In this document: positions 8,999 through 18,279 of the stretch, one piece after another
Layout of the letters: the number at the start of each line of letters is the position of its first letter
How positions within the stretch are numbered: position 1 is the stretch's first letter
Assembly: GCA_034668045.1 (NCBI GenBank)
Contig: JAXDQC010000071.1
Coordinates: forward strand, 1 to 57,229
Source of the DNA: Betaproteobacteria bacterium
GTDB lineage: Bacteria; Pseudomonadota; Gammaproteobacteria; Burkholderiales; SG8-39
DNA: 57,229 nt
Direction: 5' to 3'
The notes under the pieces: generated by a model
Databases searched by the model: none
Told to the model about the DNA's origin: nothing
The model's input: only the letters and a program-made list of their open reading frames with translations
Position numbers and translations under genes: made by a program

Positions 8999-10654
8999 TC
9001 AGGCGGGCATCAGCCCCATCTTCGAGAGCTCCAGCGCGATCTTGCCGCGCGCCGCCTTGACGATATCGTCCTTCTTCTTGCCCAGGAACCAGCCGGCGCC
9101 CCAGCGGATGAAGATGTTGTTGCTCTCGAAATACTGCGCTACCAGGCGGTCGACCACCGTGTCGACGCGGCCGGCGATCTGCTCCTGCAGCCGCTCGAGA
9201 TCCTCGCCGGAGTAGCTCGGCCAGGGCAGCGGCTCGCAGACTTCCTTCGCCGCGCCGACCAGCGGGATGATCGGCAGGTAGCGCTTGCCGTCGACGACGC
9301 GCACGTGCTCCTGCTTCTGCTGCGCCGTCCAGGCGGCGAACAGCAGATTCTCCTCGGGCAGCACGAAGTGGTCAGTGAGGAAGCGCTGCGCGTTGCGCCG
9401 GCCGAGGAAGAAGTCGTGCTCGCGGAAGTCGCGCTTGAGGAAGCCGCCGAAGCCCTCGAGCGCGCCGCAGGCGATCGGATAGGCCGCGCCGTTGGCGCCT
9501 TCGCGGCTGGGCGCGATCATGAAGCGGGAAAAGACGTTCGGATCGGCCGCGAGCAGCAGCTCCTCGGGCTTGAAACGCGCCTGGTTCTTGAGTGCGCCGA
9601 ACAGCGCCAGCAGCGTCTTGACGATGTCGGGCGCCGGCGCGTACTTGGCGTCGAAGGTGGTGTTGGCCGGAAAGGGGTCGATGAGCAGCACCGCCCGGTC
9701 GGCGACGTTGCCTTCGCGCCTGGCGCGGCCGTCCGGCGGCGCGAGCAGCCGGCGCGCGATCTCGAGCGGCTCGTTGTTCATCACGCCGCCGTCGACGCAC
9801 TGGAAGTCGAAGCGGTATTCCTTGTCGAAGCCCCACCTCGCCGGCACCGCCGTCTCGGTGACGCAATGGTGCGGATCGCTGTGCGGCGTCAGCATCGGCC
9901 AGGTGCGCGCGCTGTACCAGTCGGGCCTGGGCTTCGCCGGGATGTCGTGGCTCAGCACGCGCGGCACCAGGCCGACCGGAAAGGCGCCGGAGGCGAGCGC
10001 GGCGAGCTTGAGCTTCTCCTTCAGCTCCGAGGCGCCGCCGAAGCCGCTCCACTTCATGGTGTAGCGGTCGGGCGGATCGTCGCTGGCCGCGTCGTTGACG
10101 CGAAAGTGCACGTAGTCCGCATGCAGCGACATGTCGTAGGTTTCCTCGTGCTGGCCGACGACCGTGAACGCGTAGGGGACGCCGCGCAGGTTGGTCACGG
10201 TCAGGACGAGGTGGAAGTCGTCGGCGAGGTAGGGCCGGCGCGTCGCCCGCGGCTGCACGTCGAGGCCGGTATCGGCAATCTCCTTCAGCACCGTCGAGTC
10301 GAGCAGCGAGGCGACCGGCGCCTTGCCGGGCAGGTCGCGCTTCTGCAGCAGGGTGGCGATGTCGATGCGCTCGACCCACGAGTCGAACAGCTTGTTCCTG
10401 CCGGCGTTGGCGCGCCCTTCCTCCGGGTTGCGGACTGGCGGCTGGTCGGAGGCGAGGAAGGCGGTGCCCAGCGCGGCGGTGATCGCGCCGGCGGAAGCGC
10501 CGGAGAACACCGAGATGCGCACGTCGTGCGGGCGCTCCTGCGCGTGCCAGCAGTCGAGCGCCTGCACCATGAAGTCGAGCACTCCGCCGGTGTAGGCGCC
10601 CGCGGAGATCGCGCCCGCTCCCACGAGCGCGATATCGAATACCGGTTTGGCCAT
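8999..10654 (-). CDS. Patatin-like phospholipase family protein
   Basis: Gly-rich GAISAGAYTGG, nucleophile elbow GASAG, ASGAFP, catalytic DGG. Confidence 0.88.
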   Translation of the reverse strand: MAKPVFDIALVGAGAISAGAYTGGVLDFMVQALDCWHAQERPHDVRISVFSGASAGAITAALGTAFLASDQPPVRNPEEGRANAGRNKLFDSWVERIDIATLLQKRDLPGKAPVASLLDSTVLKEIADTGLDVQPRATRRPYLADDFHLVLTVTNLRGVPYAFTVVGQHEETYDMSLHADYVHFRVNDAASDDPPDRYTMKWSGFGGASELKEKLKLAALASGAFPVGLVPRVLSHDIPAKPRPDWYSARTWPMLTPHSDPHHCVTETAVPARWGFDKEYRFDFQCVDGGVMNNEPLEIARRLLAPPDGRARREGNVADRAVLLIDPFPANTTFDAKYAPAPDIVKTLLALFGALKNQARFKPEELLLAADPNVFSRFMIAPSREGANGAAYPIACGALEGFGGFLKRDFREHDFFLGRRNAQRFLTDHFVLPEENLLFAAWTAQQKQEHVRVVDGKRYLPIIPLVGAAKEVCEPLPWPSYSGEDLERLQEQIAGRVDTVVDRLVAQYFESNNIFIRWGAGWFLGKKKDDIVKAARGKIALELSKMGLMPA

Positions 10655-10723
10655 CGCTTTCCCCCTCGCGGCGATTAGAGCCGAGGCGGCGCGGAAAAGC
10701 AGCCGACAGGGAGATAAATTTGC

Positions 10724-11359
10724 CTAGATTCCCAGCTCCTTGCGGATCCGCGCGACCGCTTCCTTCAGCTCGCCGACCTCGCTTTCGAGCCGCGCCAGGT
10801 TCGCCTTCAGGGCCGCGACCTCGCCGACGGGAACGTCCGCGGCCTGCGCTGCAGGCGGTGCGTCGAGCTTCGGCGCGCCGCTCAGCAAATGCGCCCAGCG
10901 ATTCTCCCGCGCCCCGGGAAGGCGCGGCAGCTCCGCGACGAGGGCGCCGGCGGGCCGGGCCGCCAGCTCATCGAGAAAACCCTGGACCGCGGAGATGTCG
11001 GCAAAGGGGTGCAGCCGCTCGCAGTTGATCCGCAGCTCGCCGGCGGTCTGCGCGCCGCGCAGCATCAACACGGCGAGGATGGCGGCGGACTGCGACGGCA
11101 CCTGCAGCACGCGCTCGATGTTGTGCGAGTAGCGCGCCACCCGCCCGCCGCTCGATTCGATCGCCAGATTGGCCCTCTTCAGGCTGTCGAGGCTCGCCTG
11201 CACCTCGGCGTCGCTGGCCTCCATCGTCGGCGAGCGGCTGGTCTTCTGGTTGCAGCCGGAGACGAGCGCGTTGAGCGTCAGCGGGTAGCTGTCCGGTACG
11301 GTGTGCTGTTTCTCGAACAGCGTTGCCAGAACGCGCGTATCGAGAAGCGAGAGCGTCAT
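10724..11359 (-). CDS. YceH/DUF480 family protein
   Basis: EKQHTVPDSYPLTLNALVSGCNQKTSR, LMLRGAQTAGELR, PGARENRWAHLL. Confidence 0.9.
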   Translation of the reverse strand: MTLSLLDTRVLATLFEKQHTVPDSYPLTLNALVSGCNQKTSRSPTMEASDAEVQASLDSLKRANLAIESSGGRVARYSHNIERVLQVPSQSAAILAVLMLRGAQTAGELRINCERLHPFADISAVQGFLDELAARPAGALVAELPRLPGARENRWAHLLSGAPKLDAPPAAQAADVPVGEVAALKANLARLESEVGELKEAVARIRKELGI

Positions 11360-13623
11360 TTCAACCGAAGCTCGACGTCCTTCAGGACCGGATCCTCCTC
11401 GATCGCGATCTCGTTCTCGATCGCCAGGCCGCAACCGGGGCAGCAGAACTGGCGGAACTGCGGCGTCGGATCGATGAAGCGCTTCGGGTCGCCGACGATC
11501 GGGTTGGCGGCCTCGATCGCCAGGTCGTTGCGGACGCAGCCGGCCTTGTAGTTGCCCTGGATCGAGCCCAGGTCGGTCGAGCACTTCGCGCAGCACCAGC
11601 GCTTGCCCTTGACGACCAGGTTCTCGGTGGCGTGCATCTTCACCTTGCCGTCCAGCTTCTGGCTCGACGGCGCCTTGATGATGCGCGCCATCCGGCGCTG
11701 CTCGCGCTCGTTCTGCGTGGCGCTGGCGTCGCCGAGCACGACGCCGTAGATCTGGCGCGCGGCGAGGGCGGACACGTCGCCGTTGTGGATGTCGGCCTCG
11801 ACCTTCGCCGGGTCGCGCTCGAGCGGGTCGCCGTAGCCGCCGCCGGCGGACCAGAGCACCGCATACACATCATTTTCATTCTGAAGAAAATCCTGCTGTC
11901 TCAGGCCGAGCTCGACGGCTTCGCCCTTCAGCTCGCGGATGTCGTTCACGAGCGAAGAGGCTTTCATGCGCTCCTGCACGTTGGAATTCTTCAGGAACCG
12001 GTAGCGGTTCACCGCGCCGGGATAGCCGCCCATCATGCCGGTGGAAGTCGGGATGGCGTTGCCCGAGGACAGCGTGTCGTGCGTGATGGCGTCGGTGCCG
12101 TGCGGGATGAAGCACGACTCGGCCGAGAGGCCGCCGCGGAACTTGCCGGCGCCGCCGGAATCGGTGATTTCTTTCCGGTAGAGAAACAAAACCGGGAAGC
12201 TCTGCTCGGTGTGCTCGACGTTCGGCAGCTTGCAGATCGGCGTGCGCGCCTGGCCGCCGGTGGAGATGCCGTCGGCGTGCGAGAAGGCGCCGATCGCGCC
12301 GCCGATCGGGTCGACGAGCAGGTAGCCGTAGCGCTCGCCCCACTGGTCGATGCCGCGGAAGATGGTCGCCGGCCACTGGCTGGTGCCGCCGATGCACATG
12401 ATGTCTTTGCGCAGCTCCGGATCGGGGTGGATCATCTTCGAGAGCACGTTGTAGGCCGGGTAGAGCGAGATCTCCATGCACTGCACCGGCGCGGTGGACA
12501 CCGAGGCGGGAAAGTCGGCGCAGTTGAGCGTCCCCGGCGTCGGGTTGAAGTCGACATGGCGCAGCGCGCCGCCGACCGCGTAGTACTGCTCCCAGCAGAG
12601 CAGCTCGTTGATCGCCACCATGATCGCGCCGCGCCAGCCGGAGTAGGTGGCGTTGATTCCCCCTGCCTGGGGATCGGTGCCTTCGTTCTCGAAGACGATG
12701 CGGTTGTTTTCCTTCTTCAGCGTCAGCATCACGCGGTGGACCTGGCGATCGCCGGGCCGGCAGCACTCCACGTAGGTTCTGTCCCGCCAGACCCCATCCG
12801 GTAATTTCTTTAATTTCTTCAGAAAGGCGCGTTCGCCGTCATCGAGGATCTTGCGCATCACGCCTTTGACGGTCTCCGCGCCGTACCTCTTGATCAGGGA
12901 AGCGATCCGGTCCCGCGCCGTGATGTTGCCCGCGAGCTGCGCGCGGAAATCCAGCGCCACCGCGCTCGGTTTTCTACTGCTCCTCAAATAAATATCTTCG
13001 ATGTCGCGGCGGATCTCGTTGTTCTCGACGATCTTCACCGGCGGAATCAGGATCCCCTCGTCGAACGCGTCGCGCGCCGAGGGGCAGAAGCTGCCCGGCG
13101 TGATGCCGCCGATGTCGTACTGGTGCAGGCAGTTGGTCACCCAGCAGAAGAGCTCGCCCTTGTGGAACACCGGGCAGAGCAGCATGACGTCCATCTGGTG
13201 CGCCGCGCCGACCCAGGGATCGTTGGCGAGGAACATGTCGCCGTCCCGGATGCCCGGGTTGTCGCTGCGGTTCTCGAGCGTCCACTTCACCTGCGTGTCG
13301 GTGACGCCGGACATGTACTGCATGTACGGGCCGAAATAGACGAACTCCGCGTCCTCGGTGAGGATCGACGGGTTCAGGTCGAGGGCGTACATCGCCACCG
13401 GCGAGCCCGAGAGCCGCTGGATGGTGGCGCCGTGCTCCTCGTTGACGTTCCACAGCGCGTGGCGCACGACCTCGAACGTAACGGGGTCGATGTCTTTCTG
13501 GGCTTTCTTGTGCAGCCTTAACTTCTTGGAAATCCTCAGGACCTTGGGCGGCACGTAACCCGAGCGCACGCCGTCGAAGGCGACGCCGGTCAGCTCGCTG
13601 AGCTTCTTGAGCGGCGCGTTCAT
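11356..13623 (-). CDS. Hydantoinase B/oxoprolinase family subunit fused to an acetone carboxylase gamma-like Zn domain
   Basis: DPVTFEVVRHALW, GDMFLANDPWVGAAHQMD, HQYDIGG, DSGGAGKFRGG, GGGYGDPLERDP; C-terminal CAKC...FRQFCCPGCG..IENE. True start at 13623, not 14814. Confidence 0.9.
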   Translation of the reverse strand: MNAPLKKLSELTGVAFDGVRSGYVPPKVLRISKKLRLHKKAQKDIDPVTFEVVRHALWNVNEEHGATIQRLSGSPVAMYALDLNPSILTEDAEFVYFGPYMQYMSGVTDTQVKWTLENRSDNPGIRDGDMFLANDPWVGAAHQMDVMLLCPVFHKGELFCWVTNCLHQYDIGGITPGSFCPSARDAFDEGILIPPVKIVENNEIRRDIEDIYLRSSRKPSAVALDFRAQLAGNITARDRIASLIKRYGAETVKGVMRKILDDGERAFLKKLKKLPDGVWRDRTYVECCRPGDRQVHRVMLTLKKENNRIVFENEGTDPQAGGINATYSGWRGAIMVAINELLCWEQYYAVGGALRHVDFNPTPGTLNCADFPASVSTAPVQCMEISLYPAYNVLSKMIHPDPELRKDIMCIGGTSQWPATIFRGIDQWGERYGYLLVDPIGGAIGAFSHADGISTGGQARTPICKLPNVEHTEQSFPVLFLYRKEITDSGGAGKFRGGLSAESCFIPHGTDAITHDTLSSGNAIPTSTGMMGGYPGAVNRYRFLKNSNVQERMKASSLVNDIRELKGEAVELGLRQQDFLQNENDVYAVLWSAGGGYGDPLERDPAKVEADIHNGDVSALAARQIYGVVLGDASATQNEREQRRMARIIKAPSSQKLDGKVKMHATENLVVKGKRWCCAKCSTDLGSIQGNYKAGCVRNDLAIEAANPIVGDPKRFIDPTPQFRQFCCPGCGLAIENEIAIEEDPVLKDVELRLK

Positions 13624-14429
13624 CCAGCCCGGCAGCTTCGGGGACGGAACTTGGGCGGCAGCGTGCCGCCGGTGCAGTCCCAGTTCAGGGATGCGCCGGC
13701 GACCGTCGGCCGCATGAGGATGGTCTTGTCCGACGCGGCGCCCATCTGCCGCGCCAGGGTCAGGGTGATGACGCCATTCTCTCCGAGGGTGGCGATGCCC
13801 CATTTGCTGTCGGTCGACGTCGGCGCCCCTTTTATTTCCTGGATGCTCGAGGGAAGCCGCTTCGTTTCCGCGTAGTGCTCCGTGACGGCGGTGCGCAGCG
13901 CCGACCCTGAGACGATGACTTCGGAAACCTTCGCGCGCTGGCCGTAGTCGTCGTACGCCGGAATCGCCACCGCGGCGAGGATGCCGACGAAGAAGACCAG
14001 CACGACCGGCACGGCGATGGCGCCGATGATGACGCCGGTGCTGTTCGGCGGCGTCGGCGGGCCGTAACGGTTCGGCCCGTCGGTGCCGGGAATGAACCAG
14101 AACATCAGGTTGACCAGCGGCACCAGCATCAGGATCGACAGCCAGCCGCTGGTGTTGAAGTCGTGGCTGCGCTGGATCGTCAGCATGAAGCCGATGACGA
14201 GCATCGCGAGCCACGCGAGGCCGACCATGAACACGCCGGCCGGGGCGGCTACGGCGGCGAACACGCCGGCGACGAGCGCGAGCACCAGGTAGACGAGGAG
14301 GCCGTAGCAGATGTAGCGCAGGCGGCCGATGCGACCCGAGACCGCGAACAGCCGGACTGGCTGGGACTCGCCTTCGCTTTCCTTCACCGCCGACTGCGGC
14401 GCCTGGTACGGGTTGGCGGGCGCGCTCAT
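13620..14429 (-). CDS. DUF805 membrane domain fused to a type IV pilin-like domain
   Basis: NPYQAP, SGRIGRLRY, IQRSHDFNTSGW, PGTDGPNRYGPP, then GILAAVAIPAYDDY..RAKVSE and a C-terminal WDC...SC loop. Confidence 0.82.
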   Translation of the reverse strand: MSAPANPYQAPQSAVKESEGESQPVRLFAVSGRIGRLRYICYGLLVYLVLALVAGVFAAVAAPAGVFMVGLAWLAMLVIGFMLTIQRSHDFNTSGWLSILMLVPLVNLMFWFIPGTDGPNRYGPPTPPNSTGVIIGAIAVPVVLVFFVGILAAVAIPAYDDYGQRAKVSEVIVSGSALRTAVTEHYAETKRLPSSIQEIKGAPTSTDSKWGIATLGENGVITLTLARQMGAASDKTILMRPTVAGASLNWDCTGGTLPPKFRPRSCRAG

Positions 14430-14858
14430 CTATTTCTTGGGCGGCGTGAACTCGATCGGGCCGGTGTCCTCGAGCTTGAACTTCTCTTCCTTGGCGGCCG
14501 GCGCTGCGGGTTTCGCGGCCGCCGGCTGGGCGGGAGCGGGCGCCTTCGCGGCAGGCGCGGCGGGGGCGGCCGGAGCGGCGGGCTTCGCGGCCGGCGCGGC
14601 GGCCGGCTTCGCCGCCGGGGCTGTTGCCGGCTTCTGCGCAACGTGCTGCGGCGCGGCGGCCATTCCCTTGTCGGCGGCGCGTTGCGCCTTGTTGCACTCC
14701 TCGCACATGAACTTGCCGGTCCTCTGCTTCGTCGGCGAAAGCTGCGCAACGGCGTGCTTGGTGCATAGCGCCATCTCGCAGTTGGCGCACTTGGCCACCG
14801 CGGCATGGCCGCAAGGGTGCTTCTTCAGCAATCCGACTTCGACGGCACAGGTATCCAT
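14430..14858 (-). CDS. B-box-like Cys/His zinc finger protein with Ala/Pro/Lys-rich tail
   Basis: C..HPC..CANC..LCTKH..CEEC followed by PAAKPAA repeats; GGGGAG SD. Confidence 0.72.
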   Translation of the reverse strand: MDTCAVEVGLLKKHPCGHAAVAKCANCEMALCTKHAVAQLSPTKQRTGKFMCEECNKAQRAADKGMAAAPQHVAQKPATAPAAKPAAAPAAKPAAPAAPAAPAAKAPAPAQPAAAKPAAPAAKEEKFKLEDTGPIEFTPPKK

Positions 14859-14867
14859 GTCTCTCCC

Positions 14868-16964
14868 CTAGAAGGTCAGCTCGAAATTGCCGAGCTGATC
14901 CAGACGCAATTTTGCCCCGGGCGGGACCACCACGGTGGTGTCTGAAGTCTCGACGATCGCCGGCCCGGGGATGGAATTCCCGGAAACCAGCCGTTCACCG
15001 TCATATACCGCCGTTGGTCGCTTTTTCTTCAGGTCGGGCCAGTAAATTTCGCGTTTCTTGCGCAAAGCTTGCCTGGGGATCTGCCGCGAGGTCTTTTTCG
15101 CCCTGACCAGCTTCGGCTGCGGGGTCAGCGCCCGGGCGCGCAGCCGGCAGACGACGATCTCGAGCTGCGCCCCCGGCAGCGCCGAGCCGCGGCCGTAGAG
15201 CTGCTCGTAGCGCTTCACGAACGGGCCTCTCAAGGAGCGCTCGAAATCATTCGCCAGGCGAGCCGAGGGCAGGAGAACCTCGACCTCGTTGATCTGCCCC
15301 TTGTGGCGCACGTCGAGCGAGAACTCGAAGCGCTGGCGGTTTTCGGCGATGCTCTCTTCGGCCATCACCTTCTTTGCTTTTTTTTCCAGGGAAGAAAAAA
15401 TGTTGTTGATGCGAGAAACAACTATCGGCGTCTGCATGATCTCGGTGTGCTCGAAGATGTGCAGCACGTCGGCCGCCGCGGCGCCGAAGGCGCACCAGGT
15501 CGAGGCGGCTTTTCGCTGCGGCACGATGACTTTCCTGGCGCCCAATTCCCTGGCGAAGACCCCCGCGTGAGCGGGCCCCGCGCCGCCGAAGGCGAAGAGC
15601 ACGAAGTCGCGCGGGTCGAAGCCTTTCTCCACCGTCACCTTGCGGATGATGTCGGCCATGTGGAGCTCGACGATGCGGCAGATGCCGGCGGCGGTTTCGA
15701 CCGCCGACATGCCGATTTGCTTTCCCAGTTTTTGAATCGATTCCTCCGCGTCCTTTCGATTCAATTTCATTCGCCCGCCGGCGAAATTGTCCGGATCCAG
15801 GTAGCCGAGCACGAGCTGCGCATCGGTGACGGTCGGCACCGTGCCGCCGCGGCCGTAGCACACCGGTCCGGGAAAGGCGCCGGCGCTGTCGGGGCCGACG
15901 GTGAGGGTGCGCCGCTCGGCATCGACGCGCGCCAGGCTGCCGCCGCCGGCGCCGATCGCCTGCAGGTCCACCTTGGGCAGGAAGTACTCGTACTGGTCGG
16001 TGTTGCTGATGAAGGAATAGGCGGGCTTGCCCTCGTGGATGATCGAGACGTCGAACGAGGTGCCGCCCATGTCGGTGGTGATGACGTTGGGCTCGCCCAT
16101 CGCCTTGCCGAGGAACATCGAGGCCGTCACGCCCGACACCGGGCCCGAATCGAGCGTCAGGAGCGGCGCTTCGCCGGCGCGCTCGACCGGCACCGTGCCG
16201 CCGCCGCACTGCGTGATCTGCAGGCCGTGGCGATAGCCCAGGTTGACGAGGCTGGAATTGATTTTTTCCAGGTAGTTCCCCATCACCGGGCCGAGATAGG
16301 CGTTCAGTGCGGTGGCGGTGACGCGCTCGTACTCGCCCCACTTGGGAGCGATGTCGACCGAGCAGGTGACGAACAGGCCGGGCTTGATCTGTTCGACGAG
16401 TTTTTTGACCTGCAATTCGTGCGCCGGATTGCGGAAAGACCAGAGAAAGCAGATCGCGATCGCCTGCACGCCCTCGTCGAGCAGCTCGCGGATCGCTGCT
16501 TCCGCTTCTTTCTCGTTGAGGGAAACGACGATTTCGCCGAAGCAGTCGACGCGCTCGGACACGCCGCGGATCAGGCGCTTGGGAACGATCGGCGCCGGCT
16601 TCGAGGTCTCGGGGAAGTGCACCACCTTGCGGATGTCGCGGCCGGCGTAGCCGCGCGAGCCGCGCATGATGTGGATCGCGTCTTCGTGGCCGCGCGTCGT
16701 GATCAGGCCGACCTTGGCGCCGCGCTTCTGGATGATGGTGTTGGTGCCGACCGTGGTGCCGTGCGAAAGGAAGGCGATGTCGCGGCAGAACTTGTCGAGC
16801 GTGGTGCCGAGCGCCGAGGCGCCGGCGCCGAGCGCGTCCATCATGCCGCGCGCGAAATCGGGCGGCGTCGAGGGAACCTTGGTGGTCAGCAGCTTGCCCG
16901 CGCCGTCGACGATGGCGCAGTCGGTGAAGGTGCCGCCGATGTCGATGCCGACGAGGTAGGTCAT
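14868..16964 (-). CDS. Hydantoinase A/oxoprolinase family ATP-binding subunit
   Basis: GIDIGGTFTD, HGTTVGTN, SGPVSG, DMGGTSFDV, GPDSAGAFPGPVCYGRGG, AFGGAGP. Confidence 0.93.
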   Translation of the reverse strand: MTYLVGIDIGGTFTDCAIVDGAGKLLTTKVPSTPPDFARGMMDALGAGASALGTTLDKFCRDIAFLSHGTTVGTNTIIQKRGAKVGLITTRGHEDAIHIMRGSRGYAGRDIRKVVHFPETSKPAPIVPKRLIRGVSERVDCFGEIVVSLNEKEAEAAIRELLDEGVQAIAICFLWSFRNPAHELQVKKLVEQIKPGLFVTCSVDIAPKWGEYERVTATALNAYLGPVMGNYLEKINSSLVNLGYRHGLQITQCGGGTVPVERAGEAPLLTLDSGPVSGVTASMFLGKAMGEPNVITTDMGGTSFDVSIIHEGKPAYSFISNTDQYEYFLPKVDLQAIGAGGGSLARVDAERRTLTVGPDSAGAFPGPVCYGRGGTVPTVTDAQLVLGYLDPDNFAGGRMKLNRKDAEESIQKLGKQIGMSAVETAAGICRIVELHMADIIRKVTVEKGFDPRDFVLFAFGGAGPAHAGVFARELGARKVIVPQRKAASTWCAFGAAAADVLHIFEHTEIMQTPIVVSRINNIFSSLEKKAKKVMAEESIAENRQRFEFSLDVRHKGQINEVEVLLPSARLANDFERSLRGPFVKRYEQLYGRGSALPGAQLEIVVCRLRARALTPQPKLVRAKKTSRQIPRQALRKKREIYWPDLKKKRPTAVYDGERLVSGNSIPGPAIVETSDTTVVVPPGAKLRLDQLGNFELTF

Positions 16965-16992
16965 CGCCGCCGATGCTAGCGCAGCGGCGGGC

Positions 16993-17424
16993 CTACCTGT
17001 AGCGGTATTCGAGAAACAGGAAGTTCAGGCCCCGGTTGGCCTCGTTGTCCCGGATGCGGAAGATGCGGGCGCCGTGGGAAATGTGGGCGAAGCTGAGGCA
17101 GGCTCTCGTCCAGCACCAGCTCGCCCGGGTGAAGAAGTTGCCGTTGGTGCCGACATTCTCGTCGAGGTTGCGCACCAGGATGCCGCCGAATTCGGCATTG
17201 AGGCCTTGACGCTTGCCGACCGGGTAGGCGAGCGCCACGCCGTAGTTCCTTTCCCAGACGTAGAACGAGGCGGGATAGAGCGAGACGTTCGCCACCGCCA
17301 TGCCCTTCTCGTGGATCACGTCGACGCCGGCGCCGATGCGGCCTTCGCCGAAGTTCGAGCAGCAGTTCAGGGCGTGTGCGCTGCAGCTGAGGAAAAGGGT
17401 GAGGACGGCAACTGCGATGCGCAC
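16993..17424 (-). CDS. Small outer-membrane beta-barrel protein, PagL-like C-terminus
   Basis: Signal peptide AHA-L, alternating beta strands, HISHG...NRGLNF..EYRYR resembling the PagL H-x-S...N-x-G pattern. Confidence 0.55.
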   Translation of the reverse strand: MRIAVAVLTLFLSCSAHALNCCSNFGEGRIGAGVDVIHEKGMAVANVSLYPASFYVWERNYGVALAYPVGKRQGLNAEFGGILVRNLDENVGTNGNFFTRASWCWTRACLSFAHISHGARIFRIRDNEANRGLNFLFLEYRYR

Positions 17425-17439
17425 TTGCGCATCCTACGA

Positions 17440-17814
17440 TCAGCGAACTAAGGACGAGAGCGTCGCGAGTAGTTCCTTCGGCTCGAAGGGCTTGGTGAAG
17501 TGGTGATCGAAGCCGACCATCTCGGTGAGCCGGCGGTCGGTGGGCGCACCGCGTCCGGTAATGGCGACGATGATCGGCCGGGCGCTGCCGTAGCGCTCGC
17601 GCAGGGCGCGCACGATCTCGTAGCCGCTTTGCTGCGGCATGCCGATGTCGAGCAGGAGGGCGTCGGGGGCGAAGTCGGCGACGGTTTCCACGACGTCGCC
17701 GCCGTGGTGCACGCCGAGCACCTCGTGGCCTTCGTTGCGCAAGAGCGCCGTCAGCGACAGGACCATGTCGTGGTCGTCGTCGGCTACCAGCACTCGCAGC
17801 TTGCGTTTTTCCAT
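17440..17814 (-). CDS. Single-domain response regulator (receiver)
   Basis: VLVADD, LLDIGMP, VAITG, GFDHHFTKP; alternative start at 17826. Confidence 0.9.
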   Translation of the reverse strand: MEKRKLRVLVADDDHDMVLSLTALLRNEGHEVLGVHHGGDVVETVADFAPDALLLDIGMPQQSGYEIVRALRERYGSARPIIVAITGRGAPTDRRLTEMVGFDHHFTKPFEPKELLATLSSLVR

Positions 17815-17860
17815 AGGGCAAATCATTGCTTTTCCACGCAGCGGCGGCGAGGAACTAGTG

Positions 17861-17880
17861 CTGTAGTGTTTTCCCTACAG
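17861..17880. promoter_or_regulatory. Palindromic operator candidate CTGTAG-N8-CTACAG
   Basis: Perfect 6-bp inverted repeat upstream of the receiver gene. Confidence 0.45.
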
Positions 17881-17889
17881 CCGCAGGAC

Positions 17890-18279
17890 TTATCTGACGT
17901 TCCGATTCTGCTCGATGATGCTCTGGTTCGCCGCGCGCAGTTGCGCGTCGCTGCCGGCGAAGCTGTTCGAGCGCGCAGCGAGGTTCGACGCCTGTGCGGT
18001 GTCGCCCTGGCGCAGCCGCACCTTCGCCAATTCGTGCCACAGGCGCGGGTTGCGCGGCTCGATGCGCAGCGCGCGCTCGAGGGAACCGGCGGCCTGCACC
18101 AGCCGACCGGCGGCGGCGTCGGCGCGCGCGCTCTCCATCAGGCCGGCGACGGCGACGTTCTCTCTTGCCACGGGGGCTTCCGGAACCGGCGGCGGAGCGG
18201 CGGGCGCGGACGGCGCCTCTTCCCGCCTGGCGGCACAGGCGGAAAGGAATAACAAAAGAACCAGAACGTACGTTCTCAT
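17890..18279 (-). CDS. TPR lipoprotein, LpoP-like PBP1b activator candidate
   Basis: Lipobox LSAC, Pro-rich linker, TPR SLERALRIEPRNPRLWHELAKVRL; overlaps the mrcB stop. Confidence 0.8.
   Translation of the reverse strand: MRTYVLVLLLFLSACAARREEAPSAPAAPPPVPEAPVARENVAVAGLMESARADAAAGRLVQAAGSLERALRIEPRNPRLWHELAKVRLRQGDTAQASNLAARSNSFAGSDAQLRAANQSIIEQNRNVR

Noticed and set aside
6258-9215. 985-aa plus-strand ORF and similar long ORFs (1937-4069, 15069-16979, 17994-20549, 26355-28607, 33251-35548, 50903-52588)
   Set aside because: Antisense or off-frame shadows of clear genes in GC-rich DNA; Arg/Gly/Ala-rich with no motifs.
8999-10654. CBASS system
   Set aside because: No CD-NTase or ancillary genes nearby.
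14490-14640. GC-rich tandem-like repeats
   Set aside because: Coding low complexity (PAAKPAA linker), not a CRISPR array or VNTR.
13624-14814. Apparent N-terminal extension making hydantoinase B 1152 aa
   Set aside because: Off-frame read-through of the DUF805-pilin and Zn finger genes; family similarity starts at ATG 13623.
17861-17880. LexA SOS box
   Set aside because: CTGT and ACAG are 12 bp apart, not the canonical 8.
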